From: Desulfobacterales bacterium
Lineage (GTDB): Bacteria > Desulfobacterota > Desulfobacteria > Desulfobacterales > UBA2174
Assembly: GCA_963668645.2 (NCBI GenBank)
Contig: CAXXWC010000019.1
Coordinates: 608,001-672,000 of the forward strand
DNA length: 64,000 nucleotides
Direction of reading: 5' to 3'
Program-made: the position numbers and the translations under genes
Notes under the pieces: generated by a model
What the model was told of the DNA's origin: nothing
Database searches by the model: none
The model's input: the letters and a program-made list of their open reading frames with translations, nothing else
Shown: in pieces, positions 9,115 to 18,092 of the stretch
How the letters are laid out: every line of letters begins with the position of its first letter
Numbering within the stretch: the first letter of the stretch is position 1

Positions 9115-10131
9115 ATGCCACCGAATGACAAATACATTACAGAAGCCTTGGCCGCGTTCCGGCGCGCGACCGGTTTCAAGGCCGAATACCGGCGCCGAAG
9201 CGGCAATCGAAACTTGTCGGTCGACGGTTCGCTGCGGGTCGATTGCCAGGGATCCACCTGGGACTTTGTCGTCCAGGCCCGACTTAGGGTAACGACCGAA
9301 ACCCCTGCCGTGATGAGGCATTCGACCCCTGAAGGCCAAAGAGATGTCCTGGTGGTCACGCCGTACGTTTCCCCGCCGATGGCGGACCGGTTCAGGGCCC
9401 TGGATATCTTTTTCATCGATGCGGCCGGCAACGCCTACATCAACCGTCCGCCGATGTATGTCTTCATCAAGGGCAACCGCCCCCTGATTGACGTGCGGCC
9501 GGCAGCACCGAGCCGACTGTTCCGCGCCGGCGGCCTTCGAATCGTTTTCGCCCTCCTGGTCGACCCGTCCCTGGTAGACCGCCCCTACCGGGACATGGCC
9601 GTTGCGGCCGGGGTGGCCCTTGGGACGGTGGGCGGTTGCATCCAGGAACTGAAGGCGGCCGGCTACCTGCTCAACCTGGGACCCCGGCAGCACCGACTGG
9701 CCAACACGGAAACCCTGCTCAAACGCTGGGTCGAGGCCTATCCGGAACAGCTCCGACCCAAGCTGGTGCGGGACCGCTTCGCAGCGGACCGTCCCGACTG
9801 GTGGAAGCGATTTGACATCGCCTCCATCGGCGGTGCATGGGGCGGCGAGATCGCTGCAGCCCGTCTGATCGGGAGCTTGAAGCCGGCCAAGGTGACCGTC
9901 TACACGGAAGCGCCTTTCGGAGTGATGGTGTTTCAGAACAGGCTGCGAAAGGAACCGGACGGTGACGTGGAGATCCTGACACCGTTCTGGCATTGCGACC
10001 ACGAACTTTCACAAAAGGGTCTCGTCCCGCCCCTGCTAGTTTACGCGGATCTGCTCGCCAGCGGCGACCCACGCAACATCGAGACGGCCGAGGAGATTCA
10101 TGAGCGTTACCTGTCCGGACTTGTCCGGTAG
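9115..10131 (+). CDS. Type IV TA antitoxin, AbiEi family (DUF2186-like)
   Basis: FFIDAAGNAYI, HTH YRDMAVAAGVALGTV, WGGEIAA, VPPLLVYADLLASGDPRNIETA. Confidence 0.85.
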   Translation: MPPNDKYITEALAAFRRATGFKAEYRRRSGNRNLSVDGSLRVDCQGSTWDFVVQARLRVTTETPAVMRHSTPEGQRDVLVVTPYVSPPMADRFRALDIFFIDAAGNAYINRPPMYVFIKGNRPLIDVRPAAPSRLFRAGGLRIVFALLVDPSLVDRPYRDMAVAAGVALGTVGGCIQELKAAGYLLNLGPRQHRLANTETLLKRWVEAYPEQLRPKLVRDRFAADRPDWWKRFDIASIGGAWGGEIAAARLIGSLKPAKVTVYTEAPFGVMVFQNRLRKEPDGDVEILTPFWHCDHELSQKGLVPPLLVYADLLASGDPRNIETAEEIHERYLSGLVR

Positions 10132-10972
10132 CCTGCCTCCAGAGACGATCGCAGCGTTGAGAGCAATCGATGCGGCGGCCCGTGCCGAGAATGTGCACTT
10201 TTTCATCGTCGGCGCTACGGCGAGGGATATCATCCTCGAACACCAGCACCGGCTCTCCACTGCCAGGGCAACCCTGGACGTCGACGTGGCGGTCATGGTC
10301 GACACGTGGGAAATCTACGACACTCTGAAACAGAAGTTGATCGACAGTTACGTCTTCAGTCAGGACCCGAAGCAGAGACAGCGGGTATGGCACCGGGGAA
10401 CGATCCCTCTCGACATCATCCCTTTCGGCCCAATAGCGGACCTGGACGACGCCATCACTTGGCCGCCGAGCCACGACACCCGGATGCGGACTATTGGTTT
10501 CCGGGAATGTTTCGAGCGGGCAACGCCGGTAAAAATAGCCGAATCCCCCGATTTCGTCGTTATAGTGGTCGGTCTGGCAGGGCTCGCACTGCTCAAGCTG
10601 ATTTCATGGAACGACAGTCCGGATAGACGTATCAAGGACGCACAGGACCTTTTTCTCATCTGCCGCAACTACATCGATGCCGGCAACCTGGATCGGGTCC
10701 TTGGTGAGGAAATGGATGCGATCGCCGTATCGGACAACGACTACGAACTCGCCTCGGCATACCTGCTTGGAAGGGATATTGCAGGGATCTCGGGTCCGAG
10801 CACTTTGGCCGCCATCCTCGAGATCCTCGACAGGGAGGCCTCCGCCGGCGACGGTCACCACATAGTCCTCGACGTGATGCGCAGCGACCTTCTGAAAGAG
10901 AATCAATACGAACGCATTTTACTATATTTCAAGATGTTGTACATAGAACTGATCGGTAGAGGGCTTGCTTGA
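10100..10972 (+). CDS. Type IV TA toxin, AbiEii/AbiGii-like nucleotidyltransferase
   Basis: FIVGATARD, RATLDVDVAV, LDIIPFG, LLKLISW, KDAQDL; overlaps the antitoxin gene. Confidence 0.85.
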   Translation: MSVTCPDLSGSLPPETIAALRAIDAAARAENVHFFIVGATARDIILEHQHRLSTARATLDVDVAVMVDTWEIYDTLKQKLIDSYVFSQDPKQRQRVWHRGTIPLDIIPFGPIADLDDAITWPPSHDTRMRTIGFRECFERATPVKIAESPDFVVIVVGLAGLALLKLISWNDSPDRRIKDAQDLFLICRNYIDAGNLDRVLGEEMDAIAVSDNDYELASAYLLGRDIAGISGPSTLAAILEILDREASAGDGHHIVLDVMRSDLLKENQYERILLYFKMLYIELIGRGLA

Positions 10973-11370
10973 GTACACGCAGGTGGGGACGCTGTTGACT
11001 AAGCGAACTTATGGATGGCCGGAGCGGAATATCAGCCAAAGCAGACGAAGCAATGATGTGGAAGAAAAGACTTCCGTTTCAATCATGGGCGCATTCCAAA
11101 AGCGATACCTCCATACATAGAGCCTTCTCGTTCCTTGATCTCGGCCCCAACTCCCGGAATAATGACAAAATGTCATTCCAGCGGAGGTTGCCGGAGACAG
11201 GATGGGCAAACAAATCTCGCTGGAAGTGCTTATCGGCCGGCGTTCATGGACCGGCTGCGGCGGTTCGTTCTTCAAAAAGAAGAAAGTCTCATGGAAGATC
11301 AGTACATCATCGCAAAAATCGAAAACAGAGTCCCTTCCGGCCATTCATGCGGTTGAATTGGGGCACGGGG

Positions 11371-12030
11371 TCAGGCGTGGGGCGGCCGGCCAATCGAGCG
11401 GGCGATGCACCACTGGGCGGCGAAGTAGGTGGTCAGCACCACCAGGGGGGCGGCGGCAAAAGGTCTGCCGAAGCGGTTGACCGCCAGGGCCGTGTCCGAA
11501 GCGATAAAGAGCAGTGCCCCCGCGGCCGCCAGGAGGGCGGCCCGGTCACGCCGCGCCCGCCAGCGGTCCAGGGCCTGCCAGCCCATGGTGCAGATCACCG
11601 CCAGATAGACGAGCACCGGCCAGCGAAGAGCGCCCAAACCAGGCCGCAGCCAGACATAGACGGCGGCGCCGTAGACGGCCAGGCAAACGGCCCCCGCGCT
11701 CGGCCGCCAAGAACCGCCGCGGCTGAAGGCCCAGATGTATGCAATATGGGCCAGAAGAAAACTCACCAGACCTGGCAGAAACAAGTCCGCCGGCAGCATG
11801 AGCAACACGTCGCCCACCAGGGAAAGGGCCAGCCCCGCGAGGATCGTTCGACCGTAGGCGCCTTCGAACCGGCGCGCCAGCAACGCGGCCATGGCGATGA
11901 TCAGCCCCATGGTCAGCGGCTTGGCCGTATAGACCAGGGCCGCCGGACCGCAGTACTCGCCCCATAGTTCCAGGGCCGCCGCCACGGCCACGATTGCCGC
12001 CCAAGGCCGACCGTTAAAGCGTTTTTCCAT
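11371..12030 (-). CDS. yhhN: YhhN family membrane protein (lysoplasmalogenase-like)
   Basis: KPL, GDVLL, GLVSFLLAHIAY, LFIASD and TYFAAQ motifs; multi-TM. Confidence 0.9.
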   Translation of the reverse strand: MEKRFNGRPWAAIVAVAAALELWGEYCGPAALVYTAKPLTMGLIIAMAALLARRFEGAYGRTILAGLALSLVGDVLLMLPADLFLPGLVSFLLAHIAYIWAFSRGGSWRPSAGAVCLAVYGAAVYVWLRPGLGALRWPVLVYLAVICTMGWQALDRWRARRDRAALLAAAGALLFIASDTALAVNRFGRPFAAAPLVVLTTYFAAQWCIARSIGRPPHA

Positions 12031-12224
12031 TGTCGTGGCCCGATCCTTTTTTCAGAAACCCCCAAAACCCTTCACCTAATTCCCGCGGAACTCCTTCGCC
12101 GGTGGATCCATAGGATAAATGGGGCGAGGATAGGCAATCCAGGATAACTTTTTGCCCATCTGATTTTATGCCAAATTCAAAACATTCGCCAAAGGCACAA
12201 AGCAATAATGTGTAATAGAAGGCT

Positions 12225-12395
12225 TCAAGCATGAGCGCATTCCGAAAGCGCCTTCGCCACCCGTTGATTCAGGCCCAGACCGGACGCCTCGGCGGCAGAG
12301 ACGATATCGGTATGCAGGTCAGGAGAAATTCTGACATTGAATCTTCCGGAGAAGCGCTTGTAGGCTGAAATCCCGCGATCTTCACAAGCCTGCGG
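12225..12395 (-). pseudogene. C-terminal remnant of a HicB-family antitoxin
   Basis: ACEDRGISAYKRFSGRFNVRISPDLH...GLNQRVAKAL (ribbon-helix-helix tail); no N-terminus and no hicA. Confidence 0.7.
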
Positions 12396-12433
12396 GCAGA
12401 TCCTGAGCGTGTCCCCTTTCTCCAGTGTCGCGA

Positions 12434-13171
12434 TCAGCGACGGTTGTATGTCTTGTCCAGCAGCCGGCGCAGATCGGCGATATGGCGGGCCGGGTAGACG
12501 CCGGTGGGACATACCCGGCTGCAGGCGATGGAGCGGTCGCACCAACGTTCGCCCCGGTCGCCGGCCGCCCGGGTCAGCAGATCCGCCGGCGGCGCGTCAG
12601 CGTTTAGAATCTGCCGGTGGAGGGCCGCTAGGGCGGCCGGACCCATAAACTCGGGGTGTGCCTGAACCGCCGGACAGGCCGAGCGGCAGGCACCGCACTC
12701 GATGCAGTCTTCCAGGCGCCGCAGAATGTTTACCCCCTCGGGTGTGCGCTGCGCCGTCGCCTCTTCGCAGTCCCGCAGCGTGGACGCGTCGGGAGCGATG
12801 TCGGCAAACAGGTCGTCCGGGGCGACCACCAGATCTCCCTCGCAGACGAACCCTTTCAAGGGCTCCAGGACCACGGGGTCGGCCTTCAGGTCGAGGACCC
12901 GGGTGATGCAGGCCAGCCGTTCGGTGCCGTTGACACGCAACGCGCAGGTGCCGCAGGCGCTGTGATGGCAGGAGTGGCGGTACATCAGGCTGCCGTCCAG
13001 ATGGCGGCGGATGTATTCCAGCCCCTGGAGGATCGTGGTGGCGGCGTTCACCGGCACCAGGAAGGATTGCCGCCGGGGCGGATCAACCTGACCCGGCCGG
13101 TAGCGCTGGACGGCGAAGGTGACCGTGCGGGTTGGCAAGCGGGCGTCCGTGGCGGAATCGTTTTCAGGCAT
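12434..13171 (-). CDS. Succinate dehydrogenase/fumarate reductase iron-sulfur subunit-like protein
   Basis: 2Fe-2S motif SCHHSACGTC..LAC, CIECGACRSACP, CDRSIACSRVCP; ATG at 13171 overlaps the upstream gene. Confidence 0.85.
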   Translation of the reverse strand: MPENDSATDARLPTRTVTFAVQRYRPGQVDPPRRQSFLVPVNAATTILQGLEYIRRHLDGSLMYRHSCHHSACGTCALRVNGTERLACITRVLDLKADPVVLEPLKGFVCEGDLVVAPDDLFADIAPDASTLRDCEEATAQRTPEGVNILRRLEDCIECGACRSACPAVQAHPEFMGPAALAALHRQILNADAPPADLLTRAAGDRGERWCDRSIACSRVCPTGVYPARHIADLRRLLDKTYNRR

Positions 13172-14327
13172 AGTAGCACCGGTAGGACAGCAAAGGGGTG
13201 TCGCGTGTCTGGCAGGGCGCAACGATGCCGGTCTTACGGCAGATCCGGTCGGCGGTTTCCTCGGCCATGGCCCGCATGGTGGTGGCCTTGCCGCCGACCA
13301 GGGTAACAAGGCCCTCCCAGCCGTCGCGCACCTGGTGGTCGAGGCAGTCGAAAGCCCGGCTGATGCGCATGGGATTTTTATCGGTGCCGTTGTCCAAAAG
13401 GGGCCGGGTGGCACACCAGGCCGAATGGACCGGCAGGGCGGCCAGGGCCGGAATCAAGCGGGCGCCCAGAGTGATCAGGCGGTCCACCTGATCGGCCGGC
13501 GGTGCCGGGGGGGCGGGGTCGTCCGCCAGCCAGGCCGTCGTGCCCACGATGCTCAACCGCCGCTGGGGAACGACGATGTCGCCCTCGCCGGCCGGCTGCA
13601 AACGATTGATCACCATGTTGACCAGCCGGCCGGCCACGGCCACCATGACGCCAGGCCCCGGCCGCAGGGGCAGTTGAAGGCCGATCATGGCCGTGATGTG
13701 GCCCGCCCAGGGGCCGGCCGCGTTGACCACCAGATCGGCACCGATCTCTATCTGGCGGCCGCTGCGGTGGTCGAGGGCCACAATACCGGTGACCGTGCGA
13801 CCCGCGGTGCGCAGTCCCGTCACTTCGGTGAACGGACGAATGCTAGCCCCGTTGGCCTTGGCCGTGGCAAAAAAAGACAGCGCCATGCGCCAGGCGTCCA
13901 TGCTGGCGTCGGGAACCTGGAAGGCCGCCCGAAGGCGAGGCGTCAGGGTCGGCTCCAGGCGCCTTGCGGCCTGGGGTTCCAGGCGGCGAAGGGGGATGCC
14001 GGCCGCTTCGCAGCCGGCCGCGAACGCCTCCACGTGTTGCAGGTCATCTTCATCCAAAGCCGCGAAGAGCCCGCCGTTGGGTTCGATGGCGGCCGGGACC
14101 AGGCGGCGCAGGATCCGGTTTTCCGTCCAACACTCCCGGGCGGTGGGCACGTCGTGGAGCACATAGCGCGCCCCGCTGTGCAGCAAGCCGTGATGACGGC
14201 CCGTGGTGCCGGACAAGATGGTGCCGCGCTCCACCAGCGTCACTCGAAAGCCGCGCAGCGAGAGGTCGTGGGCCAGGGCCCCGCCGCAGCCACCCCCGAT
14301 GACAAGGATATGGATTCGCTCGGACAT
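13164..14327 (-). CDS. FAD-dependent oxidoreductase, anaerobic glycerol-3-phosphate dehydrogenase subunit A-like
   Basis: VIGGGCGG, GTTGRHHGLLHSGARY, NAAGPWA, GGKATTMRAMAE; ends at CQTRDTPL with no C-terminal BFD domain. Confidence 0.82.
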   Translation of the reverse strand: MSERIHILVIGGGCGGALAHDLSLRGFRVTLVERGTILSGTTGRHHGLLHSGARYVLHDVPTARECWTENRILRRLVPAAIEPNGGLFAALDEDDLQHVEAFAAGCEAAGIPLRRLEPQAARRLEPTLTPRLRAAFQVPDASMDAWRMALSFFATAKANGASIRPFTEVTGLRTAGRTVTGIVALDHRSGRQIEIGADLVVNAAGPWAGHITAMIGLQLPLRPGPGVMVAVAGRLVNMVINRLQPAGEGDIVVPQRRLSIVGTTAWLADDPAPPAPPADQVDRLITLGARLIPALAALPVHSAWCATRPLLDNGTDKNPMRISRAFDCLDHQVRDGWEGLVTLVGGKATTMRAMAEETADRICRKTGIVAPCQTRDTPLLSYRCYYA

Positions 14328-14410
14328 CGATTCAATGAACCATAAAGCAACGAAGAACACAAAGGCTGAATCGCCGCCGGCCGGTTTTCGGTACGAAAAA
14401 GCGCGAAATT

Positions 14411-15019
14411 GACGAACTGGCCGGATATCCTTACTGCGGCCACGGATCGTTGTCCGGTACCGATCCGGTCCCTTGGCAGGAGACAAGTTACGTGCTTCGC
14501 CAGTTCGGAGCTACGGAGGAAGAGGCCTGGCGTCGCTATCTGGAATACGTCGCCAAAGCAGCGGAACTGGACCGCCGGGCGGAGCTTGTCGGAGGTGTCG
14601 CGGTGCGCCGCTTGAACGGATGGAGACAGGTTTAAAAAATCAGGCGAAAAGGGATGAAGCGGTCAAAGGGCGACCGGCGCATTCTGGGTGATGGCGATTT
14701 CGTCGAAAAGGTGCTGTCCGATTCGCGCGAATCGTTTGAAGCGCGCTACGCCCTGCGGCGGGAAGGATGGGATGTCGATCGCATTTTGCAGCGGGCCGGT
14801 GCCGTTTGCGGGGTGACGCCGGAACAGGTCCTCTCCGGCGGGCGGCAGCGGCCCCGGTCCATGGCCCGAGCGCTGACCTGCTATTGGGCGGTCCGCCGTC
14901 TCGGCCTTTCATCCATTGAAATGGCACGACGTTTTGGTTTCAGCACGGCAGCGGTAAGCAAGGCAGTTGAACAGGGCGAATTGTTAGCAGCTAAGAAAGA
15001 AATTAATTTAGAAAGTTAG
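14411..15019 (+). pseudogene. C-terminal part of a RAYT/Y1-type transposase with a DnaA-C-like HTH tail
   Basis: YPYCGH...WQETSYVLRQFG...RRYLEYV...ELVGG, stop at 14633-14635, then GDRRILGDGDFVEKVL...CYWAVRRLG. Confidence 0.75.
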
Positions 15020-15210
15020 AGACGTTCCCCTATGTTCCCTTGCTGTCCGACTTGGGCCGGCACGCTTTTCGGGGCCCCATACTACCGGCGCAAAATTCTG
15101 CGGATTTTTGACGGGCCGGCAATAACGGCGCAGGCGATCGCCGTAGTGATCGCGGAGTGTACTATAAAACAGTCGGGTGCACTCCGCGATCGATCGGTTC
15201 ACGGCAGGCG

Positions 15211-16095
15211 TTATCCCCCTAAATAGGGAATGGGGAGGCCGGGGATGGAAACGGATACCTTGTAGATGATGCGCTGGAAACCCTCGGTGATGAACAGGGT
15301 TTTGTTGTCCGGGCCACCAAACCGTGCGTTGTCGGTGCCGAGGGCGGCGGCGTCGGGGACCTCGATCACTTCGATGATTTCACCGAGCCGAGGTTCGACC
15401 ACGAATACCTTGCCATGGCCGAAGTGGCCCACGTAGAGGTTGCCCAGGACGTCCATCCCCATGCTGTCGGGGCCCATTCCCCCGGTGAAGTAGGTCATGG
15501 CGTGCAAGAATACGTGGGCCTTGCCGCCGTCAGCCATGAAGGCCCGCAGGATCCGGTTTTGGCCGAACTCGCAAACGTAGATGAACTGCTCGTCGGGTGA
15601 CAGCAAAATACCGTTGGGAAAGGCCAAGTGCTCCATGAACGGATCCAGCCGTCCCGTCTGTGCATCCCAGCGATATACCGTCCCGGTTGGGTTTGATACG
15701 CTGGTACCCCAGGGATCGGAAAAGAAGATATTCCCCCCGGCGTCGATGATCAGGTCATTCGGTCCATTGAACTTCTTGCCTTTATAATCGCCGACGATTA
15801 CCTCGGCCTTTTGGGTTTTGGGGTCCAGCGAGACGATGCCCATGTCACGGTGCGCGATCAGAAGACGCTTTTCTCTGCTATCGTAGATCATGCCGTTGGG
15901 CCCCATCAGATCCCCCGGGGCCCCAATTTTATAGAACTGTTCATACTGGCCGGCCATCGAAACCCTGGAAATCCAGCCCGCTTCGATTTCGACGAAATAC
16001 AGGTGGCCGTCATCAGGACAGTAGGACGGTCCTTCGAGGAAACCCTTACCGGGGATTGTTGCCAGCCTTTCCACTTTGCCGAGTCGAATCTTCAT
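15211..16095 (-). CDS. SMP-30/gluconolactonase/LRE family beta-propeller protein
   Basis: FLEGP, GPNG, FNGPNDL, FFSDP, AFPNGI, GPDSMGMDVLGNLYV, FGGPDNKTLFIT; GGAGG RBS. Confidence 0.9.
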   Translation of the reverse strand: MKIRLGKVERLATIPGKGFLEGPSYCPDDGHLYFVEIEAGWISRVSMAGQYEQFYKIGAPGDLMGPNGMIYDSREKRLLIAHRDMGIVSLDPKTQKAEVIVGDYKGKKFNGPNDLIIDAGGNIFFSDPWGTSVSNPTGTVYRWDAQTGRLDPFMEHLAFPNGILLSPDEQFIYVCEFGQNRILRAFMADGGKAHVFLHAMTYFTGGMGPDSMGMDVLGNLYVGHFGHGKVFVVEPRLGEIIEVIEVPDAAALGTDNARFGGPDNKTLFITEGFQRIIYKVSVSIPGLPIPYLGG

Positions 16096-16502
16096 TGAAG
16101 CCTCCTGTAATTGAACGTATTTTACGGTTGCACCAACGATACTCTGACAGAGATACTGTTTGCTGTTCACCTCCTTTTCGTATGATGAATATCCGTGATG
16201 TGAAATTGGATAAAATATCATCTGTTATATTTAGCTTTAAGCGGCGTGCCGGTTGATGAAACGTGTTTAAATAGAATGTCCTGATGGCATTAGAGATGAA
16301 AATGCCGCCACTGATTTACGATTGCCCACGCGATACGTTGTAAGTCAATCAGAATGTTCCGAATGGAAAAGTTTTGTTCCGTAATACAGAACTGTGTGGT
16401 GGCCAGAACCCCAAAGGCGCCTTCAATTGTCCCATTGCAGGCGTGTTTCGTTTTAAATTTGAATGATTGTGGGTTACGACGGAAATGAAGAGGGCGATAG
16501 TT

Positions 16503-17682
16503 AGTGTCCATCCGCAGCCGTAACTATCCGGCAGATATAAAAAAAACGCATTTTGTGCTGGTTTTTCTGGCTGAGCGTAGTATAAACAATGTCGCCAAGC
16601 AACCGTAAATACTAACAAAGCCAAGAAAAGGCCCCACACAAAATGCGCGAAAAATGGCAACGCCAAATGCCCCTGATGCCCGAGATCGCCAGTCACATCC
16701 AAGCCCAAGAGCTCGAAGTCATCTCCTGCATCCTGAACAGCAAACCTATCATCACCGAGTTCGTGCTGCAAAATCTTTGCAAGGGGCGCCGTTCCGATAG
16801 CCGTGCCGGGGCAAAAGGCATGAACGCCGAGCAGGTGCTGCGAGCGGCCGCGGTGATGAGGCTCCAAGCATTGACCTACCAGGACTTGGCTTTTCATCTG
16901 GTCGACAGCTAGAGTATCCGGCGCTTTTGTCGCATCAGACTTGGGAGGCGATCAACCTTGAAGTGCTCGGTTATGCCAAGGAAGCAAAAATCGAAAAGGG
17001 CCGAACGGCGCGCATCGATTGTCCGGTGGTCGAAAGCAACATCCACCAACCGAGTGATTCGAGCCAGTTGTATGATTGTGTCCGGGGGCTGAGCCGACTG
17101 CAGGATGCTGCCCAGGATCTTGGCCTGGGCCGATTTGGATACCACGATCACCGACGGGTGACCAAGCAGCGCATGGTAAAAACCAGTACGCCCACAGTAA
17201 AGATGAACGTCTTGGGGCCTACGTCGACATGATCAAGTACACGAAAAAGTCGTTGGCTTCGGCCCGGCGCGCTATCGAACGGCTCAAAAACGTTGGTATT
17301 GACAACCTGGCCGCGCTTGGCCTGTTTTTTGAACTGGAACGATATGTTGCACTGACCGAAAAAGGTATCGCGCAGACCCAGCGCCGCGTCATCGACGGTG
17401 AACGGGTTCCGGCCTCGGAAAAGCTCGTGTCGATCTTCGAGGAGCATACCGACATCATCGTCAAGGATCGGCGGGACACATTTTTCGGTCACAAGATCTG
17501 TCTGACCGGCGGCCGCTCGAACCTGATTCTCGATTGTCAGATCGTCGAAGGCAACCCGGCCGATGCGACTTTGACCCAGACGATGCTCGATCGGCAAGAA
17601 ATAATTTATGGGCGCTGCCCGCTCAAAGTCGCCCTGGACGGAGGGTTTGCTTCCAAGGCGAATCTGAAGGCCGCCAAGGACA
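16503..17682 (+). pseudogene. Degenerate second copy of the 5271-6942 IS
   Basis: Same left end AGTGTCCATCCGC; CAG>TAG at 16910-16912, internal deletion near 16936, frameshift near 17180, truncated at about 17682. Confidence 0.92.
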
Positions 17683-17686
17683 TGAC

Positions 17687-17782
17687 GGACGTGGCGTCGG
17701 ACCAGAAATTATTCCATTATTACAAATTGTTAATCCATAAAAAGCACCCAAAAACCCCTTAAAAACATCTTTTTAACCTTGA
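17687..17782 (+). repeat. Dispersed repeat of about 100 bp, copy 2
   Basis: Similar to 8870-8967; abuts the truncation point of the IS copy. Confidence 0.75.
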
Positions 17783-18092
17783 AAAAGACGTTCGAAGCAA
17801 ACGCCCCCTGCTGCTCGGCGGTCCAGGTCCAACGAAAGATGGGGACATTGATTTATTCAATTTACTGATGGGGCTCCTTTTCCGTATGTGCCCACTACCG
17901 CCATGACCGCCACCATTACAAGCAAGGAGCCAGCAATGCTCAGAGGCGCCCGGTCTGATGTCACGGGAACATCAGACCGGAACAGATTCAAATCCTCGGA
18001 TCCGCATCGTTGCAGGCCGTCAACCGTGTCAGAGAACCGGCCTTCTGTTTCCCCCGTTCTGCGCCGACCAAAACCGATGGTGCAGAAGCTCC

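Noticed and set aside
10975..11360. Possible gene remnant after the AbiEii-like toxin
   Set aside because: The short frames could not be assigned to any family with confidence.
9079..14345. Long alternative ORFs (9079-10002, 11011-11967, 13119-14345)
   Set aside because: Antisense to well-supported genes in GC-rich DNA; low-complexity Arg/Gly/Pro translations.
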